Source: Ptychomitrium polyphyllum (taxonomy: Eukaryota). Taken from it: 64,000 nucleotides of DNA. The translations under genes and the position numbers were made by a program. Below the pieces are notes generated by a model. The model ran no database searches and had not been told where the DNA came from. It worked only from the letters and a program-made list of their open reading frames with translations. The stretch covers positions 744,001 through 808,000 of the forward strand of contig OZ316775.1 of NCBI GenBank assembly GCA_973851085.1, written 5' to 3'. Of this stretch, positions 26,460-39,456 are shown piece by piece (position 1 is the stretch's first letter; the number at the start of each line of letters is the position of its first letter).

Positions 26460-28710
26460 TTGGCAGGAGGAACCATGGCAGGGTGAATCTGGTGTGCGCC
26501 TGGTGTCCGAATTTGTCCAAGTCGATCCTTGACGCCCCCATTATCAGTGACATTCTTCTGCGCTTCAAGTTTGAAATTTGAGTGCTCTTGATCTGGCTGC
26601 CTTTCCTTCTTCACCTTTCATCATCTGCTTCGACGTCTTTTCGATCTCGTTCTGGTTAACCGCGCCATCTTCGTTTCTGTGGACCCTCAGCCCCACTCGA
26701 GCAGTATCGGCGATGAACCTGTGGGGGGGTTACACAACCTAACCAAGGCAAGGGACTGTCACCCTGTGGAAGATCAACGGCGTGTCTGATTGTACCAAGT
26801 ATGACATTGAGCAGACGGAGAGATCAAGGAATCCGTTGCGCTATCGTCACGACCTGCAGTTCATTGCCTAGTTCATGGCTTAGGTTGGTGTTCTAGCCTC
26901 TATGAATTGGCATGTGGGCTGAGTAGGGTGCAAACCTTGCATTCAATATTTGATTCGCCCCAAATGGTCAATAGCATCGGAAGCCCCGCACACACAGATT
27001 CCATAGTAGAACTCCATCCACGGTGAGTCACGGATGCTCCGACGGCGCGATGTAAGGATTCGCGGTCGATGAGTCCAGCTGTTGATCAGCATGGCACGCC
27101 CGCTAAGTCGGCCTTGAAATCCTGCACCTCGATAAGGGATGTCGGACCATCCTGCGCCTAATAAGATCTCGCAACCTCATGCCGCCACCGTGTACTTCAG
27201 CGTTGTTCAGTGATCAAGACACGAAACGAAACAAATATCCTAAAGTGTGTACCGTCTTCCGGACTACTGCCATGGAGCGATCTTCGTCCTCCTAGACATG
27301 GACAATTGCAGTCTGACCATTCTCACTATGTGACGAATTTGTCAAGATCTATGTTCCGAGAGTACATGAACGATGCCGGAGGAATGGAATTCTCACCTAC
27401 AGGGAAACACTCTTCAAGGCCGTCTTCGTGTGTGGCGGAATGAGAGTTAGTTTGATTGCTCTCCCGTGGGATTTCGGGCGGCCGATACATGCACACAAAT
27501 GGATAGTTGGCGACTTCAAGAGCAAGATCTTCAATGTCCTTCTCGGGGACTGGTGCAAGACTGCCGGAGGAAACGCAAATGACCGACGCAGAGGCTTGAG
27601 TGTCCGACCAATTTCCCACCTCAGACATTTGATCCTGTCGGTTGAGTTGGACCCATGTCTCTGCATCCTTGGAACGTTTGAAAGCAGAGTTGGCAAAATC
27701 TCTGAAATCTGCAATAAGAATCTGAATCCATGTAAGGCACCACAAAACTCCCAGTCCGTTGGAGGGCAGCTCCTTTCTCCCAAGAGAGTTCCGGTACCTG
27801 CAAGCACCAAACTGCAGAAGTAATTGTGGATCTGATTTCTCTTCAGCTGGAAACGATCCCGTGTACAAAGATACTCGCTAGACATGAAAAATAATTCGCG
27901 AAGCATTGGAGTGAGGTGCAGGATCCGAGATGTCTAGTTTCCCAATCCTCTCACCACCGAGACCAAAAGAATTGCATCATATCCTGATTCTGTCCAGACA
28001 CCTTCGAAACCCGTCGGAACTGCGAAGGTAACGTGAAACAATCGAGTCATTCCAGCGTGCAGGTCGAGGTTGCGGAGCGATGCAAGTGGTCCATTTGTCT
28101 TACCGTGAGGGTGAAGGCGAGGTCCCAGGCAGGCACGGTGCACAAAGTGTTGCGCGGCACTCGGAGCTTGTCAGCCACGTCCAGCACCCACGTCGGACGC
28201 ATATCTGACAATGCAACACGGAGAGGGCTGCTGCTCCAGGACCTCCGTTCGAGTGCTGCCCTCATCTCCTCGTTGCAGAGCCTGGCACCTCTCTCCCGAA
28301 GTGAACTCACACGCTGGTGTTTCTGAGCAATCAGCATACGATGTGCAAGTGCTTTCGCCGGTGCGTATTTTTCGAATTTTAGTGACCACAAACGGAGAAA
28401 TGTCATTGCATACTGAAGCCTCCTCTTACTTGCCTGTGCATTTATGCAGTAAGAGTGTAGTTGAGTGCGTTGAGTGTTTGAAACCAGTGCTAACGAGTGC
28501 TTTGCGATCAGGCTACTCACGCTCCGGGAGATTCTGTAAGAGACTGACTAGTAATCGGACTGTGAGCCTCTTTTCCAGTGAAACCATTTGAGGCACGGCG
28601 GCCTGCGTGTGCACAGCCCTCGTAGTAGCTGTAGTATGATGCAGCACGATGGTCGGCACAGAAACCGTTCAGAGGATTGATATGGGTCATTTGGTCAAGC
28701 TCGGTAGCTA
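26460..28710 (-). pseudogene. UDP-glycosyltransferase (family 1 GT) pseudogene, left-arm copy
   Basis: Ordered fragments THINPL, SDMRPTWVLDVADKLRVPR, DTQASASVICVSSGS, PSPG box HRAVGASVTHRGWSSTMESVCAGLPML/*PFGANQILNAR, and C-terminal NQNEIEK..KQMMKGEEGKAARSRA. Frameshifts and a stop are present; ends are approximate. Confidence 0.8.
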
Positions 28711-31142
28711 GGTCCGTGATGCAGTTGCGACTAGAAGATCACCTCCCCTGTAATTTTGGAGAGCTTTTCCCGATGGAGATTCAGAGCAGGTTTTCTTGGC
28801 GGAATGAGCTGCGACATGGAGTATTCACAGGTGCAGTGTGGACAAAGATGCCTTCTCGCGCCTTCAAGAAACAGTTACCATTCCACTCCGTCTCTATTGG
28901 GGCGACCAAGAGTCTGTCTGCAATCTTGTGTTCAGAAAGGCTTAGACTATTACCGATCACTTGCGTTTGGCGTTTACAGCACTCCCACGTGATACAATGC
29001 TACTGCAATACCGTACCCACAGTTGTGCATTCTGAAATGCTTTCAACGATCGCGTTCCAGATATCCGAAGGTGTAGCCGTATCGTTTCCCAGTCCGATGA
29101 CAATTCTGCTTCTCTGACCTGTGCTTGATTCATAAAAACCACCTAACGGAGCTGTCGATGTGACATAGGGAGATCGACATGCTTGCCTGTAACTTCACAG
29201 ACATGGGCTCGATGAGGTGACGATGTCAGATCTCAAACAGCAGCTGACCCACTCGTGTCATCAAGCAAATCCTTCGTGATTACCAGAAGTACACACTCTG
29301 AATGCCAGGTGACTTCTATGCGATGACTTTGCCAAATCCTCATCGTGAATGACGAGGCCGTCACTATAAATCCTACGCCGTTACAGAATATTACCGCCAA
29401 AACCGCTCTGCATTTAGTTGGACATGTCCATTTCAAAAGTACAAATGGTGAGTATCAAGGCTTCACAAACTCTACGCACCACGTTCTCTCTGACGAGACT
29501 TGTTCACAGATGCCGAGTAGCCATACCTCATCCACTCTAACTCTTCAAACACGTTGCACCTCTCAAACAACTCCAAGGATATAGGAATATCCTGACGCAC
29601 TGCCACATGAAGATTGAATCTCGGGTTCATGCATTTCAAAACACACAATTCACAATTTCGAAAATTGGAGGACTACACTCCCATCACACCGGCAGACCTT
29701 ACACTCGACACGGAAGGCTCCCAGCGATTTGACCCCTAGCCAATTATCTGAAAGTTCCACCACTTCCGGACAGAATTTGCAGTTGGGCAGACACAGAGAA
29801 ACCTCTTAGAATTCCTCAATGCTTTCCCTTGGCATCGTGCACCATATCGTAGGGGATGGGTGTCGCTGTTTCCGATGTAGACGAATCCAACGCCAATCCT
29901 GGCCGCCGAGTCCGCAAGGTCGGTCTCCTCGCAGGGGCCCAAGCTGAGCGTGGCGAACCTGTTCGCTGGCGACGGAGCCTCGGCGAAACGAAGCGAGGAA
30001 ACCAAATGCTCCGCAACAGCTCTAGAGCAAAGTGTGACCCTTCGAACCTTCGCGTTCTCGGACGGCGCCAACTGTCGGATGATGCATCTGAGGGTCGGTT
30101 TTGTCGCATGCTCCGCTAAGCCCCGAACGTGGAAGTTGGGGTCGGGAGTTCGGTTTGGAGGCAACAACACCTCCATTGTGATAAAGACTTGTTCGGATGC
30201 AGGAGGTGGGTGTATTGTGAAGGATAGTACACCACTTGCTGTGTCCACAACAGAGCGGAGTTCAAGAGCCGCGTGGGCGCTCTCGCTAGCTCGGGACTCT
30301 CGTTTCGCAGGATATCCATATACAACTCTTCTCAAGGTACAGCTGTGTCAAGTCGAGGTGCTGAACACCAAGCGCGAGGTAAAGGACAGTTTTGAGAACA
30401 CGAGGAAATCTCCGATCGAGCCGCGAAGGAGGAACACCACACGAGATTTTGTCACAGCATCAATCGCAGATATACAGTACCAAGGGATGAGGGGACACGA
30501 GACGCCAATCGAGCCTGCCTACAGAGACATGCTTATTCTATCTGAGATCGGGGTAAGCTCGTGGATGTGAAACAAGAATGTTCACACGAGCGTTGGTATC
30601 GAGGTATCAACGCACGTCCAGAAATGCGTCACTTACATGCTGATAGCTCGTAGTCGTCTGCTGGCAGTTCTGCTGGAGAGCTTCGGCTCTCTGGAAAAGC
30701 GACGCACGACACTCCGCACATCGTCTCCACATGATCAAGCTTCACGTGAGCTACACTTCCTTAGATCTGGGGCGGATCCGACCCTACGTAGCTAACATCA
30801 CGAAGAGTCGATGAGGCTGCAAAATGGGCTCTAAGAAAAACTGGTGGTGCCGAACTACACCACGGGCAACTTCACGGGTACACTTCCACCCAGTCTAGCC
30901 ATCGACAGCATTCGCGCTCTCAGGACGAGCCCAAGATTCGATTGCCCTCGCCGGCACGCATAGAATCCGTGTGGAAATGCTTCGCCGACCAACAGAGAAC
31001 GTTCCGAGAGTGCGCACCCTAACCTCCTGCAGACCAACGGTGCTGAACCAGCAACGAATTCTTCTCGCGCACAACACACAGCCATAAAAACACATCACCA
31101 CTTCGCATGCACTCATCCGTGCGGCCAGAATGTCATGAAATC

Positions 31143-31574
31143 TCAAGCGACTGTCAGCGGAGTGTACTTGTTCGCGCTGGAGCCCATGCACAACCTCAGA
31201 AGCCTCTTCGTCACCCCGTGTCCCGCCTTCCGTGGAGAGCTGCAAGCCAGATGCAGCGCCGGCGACTCACTCCTCCTCCTCGACGCACTGAAGCTCCGCC
31301 GCACGTTGAACAGAGCCGGCGCCGTGTTCAGGGGTATGAACGACATCAGAAACGCATCGTCGTCCGCACACGACGACGCCGACACTCCCCTCTCTTGGCT
31401 CCGCAGCTGCCGCATCGCCTTGCTCGAGGCTCTCGACTTCGCACTCAGCTTCGAGATGCTCCTCTTCGAACTGCGCACGCCCGACAGGTCGTGCGGATCG
31501 CACAGGTCCGAGAACTTGGCGTTCAACCCCTCCGACGCCGCTCTTGTCACGTGCTGTACCTTCGTCACCGCCAT
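31143..31574 (-). CDS. Uncharacterised 143-aa basic Ser/Arg-rich protein, left copy
   Basis: GCCATGG start context and GC-rich third positions. The N-terminus MAVTKVQHVTRAASEGLNAKF resembles, from memory only, a motif in uncharacterised land-plant proteins. Confidence 0.5.
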   Translation of the reverse strand: MAVTKVQHVTRAASEGLNAKFSDLCDPHDLSGVRSSKRSISKLSAKSRASSKAMRQLRSQERGVSASSCADDDAFLMSFIPLNTAPALFNVRRSFSASRRRSESPALHLACSSPRKAGHGVTKRLLRLCMGSSANKYTPLTVA

Positions 31575-33843
31575 GGCTGCACGGATTGCACCGGACACGC
31601 GGAGCGTGCACTTGCGACACCTTCAGCGCTTTCGACTCTGCGGCTTCCGCACCCACTTATCCCAGAGCTACTCCACCAAGCACCTGACTCGGACAGCCCA
31701 ACTCACCGACACACCACTCAGCAACACAGACAGCTGAACGGGCGTACCACTCTATTCACCACCACACGATCTCCACTCGGATGCCCGCGCACTTTGCAAT
31801 TCCACCCACCCGCACCAATGTCCCACGCACCAATCGCCACCCCGCCACAGCCGCGATCCAAACACCTCTCACACCCCCCAGAATGCACCACAAAGCGCTC
31901 CGTCGCCCACACTCCACCTACACGGATGAAACCATATGTCCGTCTCTCCCAGGAGCTGCGCAGGACGTCGTGCGCGTCCAGAGAGCTGGAACTGGCACGG
32001 ACCACCGGACCGGGGCTGAGACGAGATGGCACAGCTAAGTGAGGCAGGAGAGGAGCAGGGGCGACAAGGAGCGAGCAGCGACAGTGGTGACGGCGACGGC
32101 TGTGGGAGGTGGGTATGCCTGCATGGGGAGCGAGGGAGGCTCATGTGGGTGCTGCCCCTGGGCATCCATGGCAACGGTCGTTTGAGCGAAGTCCCATCGC
32201 CCGGACTCCCGGCCTTCCTTGCCCCCCCAACGGTCCTTTTCCTCGGTCCGGCCACCCGCGATACGTAGAGTCAGTGAGCATTGAGAGTGAGCAGGGTGAT
32301 TCAACGATGGCAAGTAGATCATCGTCCGAGTCGGGTGGCATCTGACCGCTCACATCTTCGGGCATCGCGCCTGTCAGACTCCTACGCCACGCCGTCCACC
32401 AGCACTGCAGTGCCTTTGAGATTGATGTTATTGCCTGCAGGATCAAGCCGGGTTTGCCATGCCTGAGCCAAGACCGCGACCGCCACCTCGAGGTTCGAGC
32501 TTTCGGCTTCGCAGAATCACCTTCGGACACCACCTTCTTCGTGGCCCTCACATCTACTCTGTCTGCATCCGCTGCGTCCTACGGAAGCTCTGGCCGCAGT
32601 GGTGCCTTGGCTTATTGCAGTTCTGTTCCAGAGAGGACCTAAACATGGAAAGATGCCTCTTTCTTCTCACATACCCTCACAGTCTGCATATTTCTGGCCG
32701 GTGACAGAAGAACACCATTTACCATGTTGGAAATACCCGACACAAGTAAACGGATGGAGACACTCGTTCAACGCAAAGGACATCACGAGTAGTAATGTAG
32801 ACACCGGCAAATTCGAAGATCGGTCCCGGGTCAAGGCTCTCGTCACCCGAAACATGGACCAACAACTAACGAGATCCAAAAGAGCACCCAAACGGAACTC
32901 TCAACGGTCCAGAACATCATCACAAGCACGGCCATCCCAACCCTCAGTCGTCCAAAAACACAGGTGCACAAACGACCAAAGGCACCCGGCAAGACCAGGT
33001 GACAGTGAGCCCAGCCCAAATTCACCGCTACATCGTAACCTCAACCCGACAACCAACCGGCCAACGAAGATACCCTCAAGGATACAAGTGCACATATCCC
33101 CACCGAGCCCAAACTCTATCCAACACGCATGCAATCCACATCGCTATGGAAAACCCAACGCAAACCACAAGGCTACGAAAACTGCATCTCCAAACATAGC
33201 CACAACACAACACGAGAAAAGGCGAATAACAAAACGCCGCTCGAATATGTAATAGTCAAATGTGACCCCCTTGCATCCGAGCGGAAAGATAGCACACGAT
33301 CCATTCTCCTGGCCAAACGGCGTATAGCCCAACACTACTGCCTTCCACTATATAGACGGGTCCAGTATACAGACCATGGGACCTCCAAAGCCACTCCAGA
33401 CACGAGCAGCACAGAAGCGTAGCCCCATGGACAGTCAAATGAGAGGTAACATCCTCTCTCTGAAATTCTTTGTACACTATCATAGCAAACCTCTACTCCT
33501 CATCCAGACACTACCGGAACTCATCGCATTTCCAAACCAATTTCGACCGCTCCCCGGGGGAATAATCCTCCAGCCCGGACTCTCTCGCGCGCTCGCGCCG
33601 CGCCCTCACACCCCAACCCCGCCCTCAAACCACCACTTCAACCAGGGCCGCCCGGATGTGCACGCGCCAACTGCCCACGCTCTCCCCCTGCGCTTCCGTG
33701 TAAAAATACTCCACCTACCGACCCTACCGGTCCCTCACCGCCTCAGATCTCTCAAAACTCGACCCAAGACCGCCGATCAAGGCGTGGGGATTCCACGTCG
33801 GAGGCGTCTGTGCCGCATGCTCAACGTCCACTCTACCAGACAG

Positions 33844-36800
33844 TCACCTGACCTTCGGCCTCTTGCTCGGCATGCCCCGCTTCGCATCCCGAGGATCCGC
33901 CATCCTGCCCTTTCCTGCGGCCTTCTTCCGATTCCGATGCCGCTCGTCCTCGCTGTCCTCTTCGTCTCCGTTCATCTTGTCCTCCCTCTTCGCCTTCTCT
34001 TCCAGCTGGTCCCATGTCAGACCCTCTTCCTCCTCGCTGTCCTCTGCCTCCTCCTCCTACAACAACTCACAACTCCGTCGTTAGCACTTTCCCACGGCCC
34101 CTTCCTCCTCGCACAAACACCACCCCCACCATCCCCCGACCAACGCACAATCCCAGTGATACTTTCAGCCACCTGCACGCAGGCAACCGTCCCGACCACG
34201 TCCTGCTATGGAGACGTACCTCGTCGTCATCCGACTCCACCACCGACTCGTCGTCCGAGTCGTCGTCCTCCGACTCGGAAACCACCTCCACGTCTGACGG
34301 CTCGTAACCTTCGTCCGACTCTTCTGACTTCTCCGAGTCCGAATCGCTCGCCTCCATGTTCAGGAACTCCCACCCACCGTCCTCGATGAACTTGTCGGGG
34401 TCCTGCCCTCATGCACCACCACCACGTCAGCTCGGCACCCACTACTTACCAACCCCGCCAGACACACCAAACAATCGCAGCCTGCAACACCACGAAACCC
34501 ACCACATCCATCCATGCGACCAAGCCTGCCCGTCACATCACCCGGACGTGCACCTGTTCGGATGCACGTCAACTGTCAGGTTCTCACATCGGTGACTTCC
34601 ACAGTCCCATCCACCGTGCTCACGCACCGTTCTCTGGCGCACCACGGAAGCCAAACCCATCCGTGGGCCACACCCGTCCGGACCCCAGAACGACGCACGC
34701 ATGCACGTCACACAACACCGCCCACTCACCTCCAGTATCGTCTTCAGGATCGGCCGCCAGTTCAGATTCATCCTGCTCTCGTAGTACTTGATGTTCATCG
34801 AGTTCAGCCACTCCTTGATCCCGTCCAGCGACGTCGACGGGATCGCGTCGATCCGCAGCACCTCCCGCTTGAAATCCTTGAACACTATCGCCATGTCAAA
34901 CGCCTTCTGCCCCAGCCCCACCCTCTCCAGGTTCACAATCTCGATGTCGTTCAGGCTCACCACCAGAAACGGCGTCTCTATCAGCTCCACCAGGCAGTTC
35001 ACCGTCGGCACGATGAACGCCGACGACTTGTTCGGCACCCCGTGGAACCCCAACTCCCTGAAAGGAATGTCGAACTCCAGGTCCAGCTCCCGCCATGGCG
35101 GTTGGTCCCACAGCTCAGCCATCCGTCTCACAAACGCTTCAAACTCCTTGTTTATCTTGTTACGCCTGTCCCTCTCCTGCTGCTCCTCCTCAATCTCGTC
35201 GGGGTCCATCATCGACCGCCTGTTGCCCCCCAGCGTCTGGACCACTTCCATCACCTGCGCGCACAACCGCCCCACCATCACCCACAGTCTCCAAATTGCC
35301 CCTCGCTGCAACCGACTCCTACCGGCACCCACCCGGCACTACGCGGACCTCCGGCTCACAAACCGACCGTCTCCTGCGACCAAGCGACGAAACACACAAA
35401 AAAACGTGCCACTCCACACCTCTCTGCACCCTTCCCCGACACACCACCCACGTACATGTCACCAGCAAACTGCCACCAACGCCTCACCCACCCACCCCTC
35501 CACATCAGGCACGTACCTCCACATAGAACTGCACGTCCTTCGTCTTCTTCGTTCCCACCATGATGTAGTTATGCAAGTGGAAGTGCACCAGGGTTATCAT
35601 CTCCTTCTCCGCCGGCTGGAAGAACGCGTGCTTGATGTTCCGGTACATGATATCGACCTTCTCCTCCTGCCGCATGGTGGAGTATCGGAAACCATTCGTG
35701 TGTGCCTCCAGGGAGCCGCTCATCTTCCTCCCGCGACCCCCAAACGCTGGCCGGATCCAAAGGTCGGACAACCTGACACAAACCACATCGATCAGTCCCA
35801 AGAACCAAAATGTACCAAACCCCGCCTGCATCGCAGGCCAGTCCCGCCCTACTCCTCCGTAACTGCCCCAGTGAACACCACCCGCCTCCCGCCCGGCCCT
35901 GCCATACCCCAGCACTCCGGAGAAACAAACGTCCCGCACGCACAACCACGTGCGCCGGTGACGACCACATCCCGTCATTGCCTACCCAGCATCAATCCGA
36001 CGATGCGGGTTGCAGATTCACTCCACTCCGCCACACAGCATGCACCTCCACCCAAGTCCTTCCCACTACACCCAAGGCCGGCGAGGGGCTCCCACCCCCA
36101 CATCGGGACACTCGCCGCCCAAAGCAAGCACCTGCCAGGGGACGCACTCCGACCCACGCCCACCTTCTCTCGCACCCGTGCTCAAGAGGTTCCACACAGC
36201 GCCCGACCCAGCTGAAACAAAACGAGAAGCCCCCTTCCACATCCCCTCTCGGACGCACCTGATAGGCCTTCCCTTCCCAATCTGCAGCCGCTCCTGCGTC
36301 ACAAGAGTCGCCCTCTCCGCACGCTCTGACTCCCGCTGCGCCACTTGTCGCCGGAGAGTCTTTATCAGCTGCACCACCTGGTACGAATGCCGCGTATCGT
36401 TTGACCGGAACGACACCTCCTTCACGTATATCGACCGCGGGAACTTCTGAGTCGGTACATCGCTCGGCCCGAACCCTGCTCCTGGAACGTTGAAGATGAT
36501 CCTGATGTACGAGTGCCCGCCATCTTGTTGGCTCGACACGCTCTTCACCGTGGCTATGTGGAACGGCACCATCAGACCATAGATTGGCAGCAAAACTGCC
36601 TCGTTCTTCTGATCTACCTGCGTCACCAACACATGCGCCACAGCGCGTCAGGCGCCCACGCAACATGCACATCCCACTGCCATCCACGACCATCCCACAG
36701 ACCGCAAAGAAAACTGCCTCCACTTACGTGGATCTTCAGCTCTCGGTTGGGAATGTCGTCCACGTTTCGGTATGCTGTGATGTCTCCTGTCGTCTTGTTC

Positions 36801-39243
36801 GGACCCTGACCGTCTCCGGACCCCAACCCGCCGGACGCCAGCCTCCTGGCCGTCTCTTCGTTCTTCTGCCTCGCTAGTTCCGCCTGGTGCCGCCGTCGTT
36901 CCTGTTCCACAGATCGACCGTTCCTCACGTTCAACACACATCAAACAGGCGAGGCTCCACCCAGTGCGGTATGCAAACAAGACGCTACAAAGAAACATGT
37001 CCTACTGCGGAACGCCCGGAAGCTGTGATCAGCACACCGTCTGCTCTCCGACTCAACACATCACACGTGTCTCCATCCATCTTCCACTTCCTAAACATGA
37101 TCGCTCCTCAGGTCACGTGCTGCTGGGCACACTGTGCTGCCGTGGCAATACCTACTCCCACGCACATGCAGTGCTGGACAGTTCCAGGGCTCAAACGAGA
37201 TGCAGCCACACCCCTCCCCCATCCTTCCATCCATCCCATCGCAAGCACTCGTTGAACACACCGAGGTCGAGAACATGGAGAACATGGGACTGCAAAAGAG
37301 AGACCGACTGCCCAGGCCAGGTGAACAATCCAATCAGACACAGACGACCCAGAAGCACGTGCACTCAACGCGACCTCCAAACGAAGTGGATGGACCGTCC
37401 CCGGCCTCCAAGGACGCCCACATTCCGCACAGAGATTACACCGGCCCAATCGCGGTACATCCAAGACGCTCACCTCCTCCTTCGTCATCTCTTGGTTGTC
37501 GGATCGCAGCGTCGCCATGCGCACTGCCGGCTCGCTCGACCCGTTCGTCTCCGCCTTCACCTTCGGCTTTGCCTCCACCTTCACCTCCTCCTCCTCCTCC
37601 TCCTCCTCGTCCTTAAACGAGTACGCTATGTCCGTGTACGTCTTCGAGCACTTCAGCGTCGGCACCTCCGGCGGACCCCTCTCCACCACGATCGCCGTGT
37701 CCGCCAGCAGCAGCGAGAACGTCTTCGACTTCGGGTTCCGAGACTCCGTCGACAGGTTGTGGAACCCCAGCGACACGTTGAACACCATGCCCGCCCGTAT
37801 CACCCGGTCGTTCTTGCCGTTCAGCGTCAGGCCCGACTCCCGGAACTCGATCCCAATCCCCGTCCCCGCATTCTTCGTGAAGTATGGCAGGAACTCCGCC
37901 CCTCCCGACTCCACCACCGCATACGCCGCCTTGTACGCCACCGCCATCGCATTGCCCGGCCGCAGGGCGCCTATGGCCGCCTCGTGGGCTTTCAGCAGAA
38001 CCTTGTACGCCTTCTCCTGCGTCTTGTCCGCGTCGATCATGATCGACCGCGCCACGTTCGAGCAGTACGACCGGAACCGCGCGCCGATCGCGCACAGGAT
38101 CACTCCCAGCGCATCGTAATACAGCGCCTCGTCGTTGCTCACTGCGCTCGGCTTCAGGTCGAACACCCCCCCGCTCTGGAACACCGGCGGGTAGCAGATG
38201 TCCACGTCCTCCGCCTTCAGCTTCACGTATTTCCCCGGGTTCGTGATCACGTTCTCCGTGTTCTCCATCAGCTCCGCGTGCGTCACCTTCTTCTCCTCGT
38301 CGATGATCACCTCCAGCTTGGGCACCACGAACCCCTTCAGCACCGCCGCGCTCAGATGGGACGCGTTCCTGATGTTCGACAGCTCCTCCTGCCACACATT
38401 CACCACGGCTCAGTCCTGCACACACTCAACGCCGTCACAACACCACACCGGTTCCACTGCCGCCCGACCCCACACGCCGTCAAATGGCCACATAGTTCAA
38501 ACCAGGCAGAAATCGATCGGACGAGCGCGCAGCCCAGCCGATCTCTCCACGGCCACCCCTGCGTCACTAAACCTGGATTGCACCCCGACGGGCCTGCATG
38601 GCACTCCGAAGTCGTGCAACCCGACCGTCCTCCACCCGTGCCCCCGGACCGCTCTGACCTAAACCACAGTGCAGTTCCCTAGGGAAAACCCCCGTACCTC
38701 GTCCTTCACGGCGAAGATCTCCGCAAACCCATTCGACACGTCCACGGTGCCCGCCCCCGACCCCTGCAGGCACTCCGCCCACTTCTCCATCAGCGGGCCC
38801 TCCATCGCCTCGCGCGACAGAACCCCGACGCTGGGGCTCTTGCTCTTGCTCACCCCCTTCACCGCGTCCAGGACCGCATTCATCTGCGCGCTCCCGTCCT
38901 GCTTGCGCTCCTTCACGTGGATGTGGATGTCCACGCCCGTCAGCATCTTCGACGACTTCTGCAGCTCCTCCAGGTGCCCGGCCTTCTTCGAGCTGCACAC
39001 GAAGTGCAGGGCGCCCGGCATGAACACCATCACCGTCTCCGGGAACTCGTACCCCAGCAGCCAGATGTGCAATGCCGTGGACTTGAGGTACCGCAGGTCC
39101 TCGGACGCGGGCGGGGTCACCACCGCGATGGCGTCCGCGCCCCCCCACATCTCCTTCCTGTGCTCCTTCCATTTGTTGTTCAGCAGCTTCAGGCGCTTGC
39201 CGTAGAGCTCCAGGTTGATCTGCACCCCGCCTCCCTCCGCCAT
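33844..39243 (-). CDS. SPT16: FACT complex subunit SPT16, 1056 aa; exons 39243-38698, 38388-37474, 36901-36728, 36617-36259, 35772-35517, 35254-34730, 34402-34220, 34056-33844
   Basis: Mirror of the plus-strand copy. Motifs YLKSTALHIWLLGYEFPETVMVF, GARFRSYCSNVAR, HQAELARQKNEE, LEAHTNGFRY, YESRMNLNWRPILKTI, GGWEFLNME and an acidic tail. Confidence 0.95.
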
Positions 39244-39271
39244 GGCGCCAACCAGCGCCTCAAACCCCCGG

Positions 39272-39456
39272 AAACCCTAATGCTCGCCAGAGCTCGAACG
39301 CCCCGCAATCGCCACGAAAACGCGAAATTTGACGCCGGAAATGGGAAGAACCCAACGCGGCGCTGGACAGCAGGGCTCGGCAATGAGGTCCCGGCTGTAT
39401 GGCGCCGGGGAACCCGATCGTGTCTGCGGGCGAGAGGGAGGCGAAGGAAAACCCTA
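39272..39456 (-). promoter_or_regulatory. Two telo-box motifs (AAACCCTA) upstream of the left SPT16 ATG
   Basis: AAACCCTAA at 39272-39280 and AAACCCTA at 39449-39456; function inferred from the motif only. Confidence 0.4.

Noticed and set aside
29736..30570. 199-aa and 206-aa overlapping ORFs (mirrored at 59939-60773)
   Set aside because: Non-ATG starts and no recognisable motifs; not supportable as genes without expression data.
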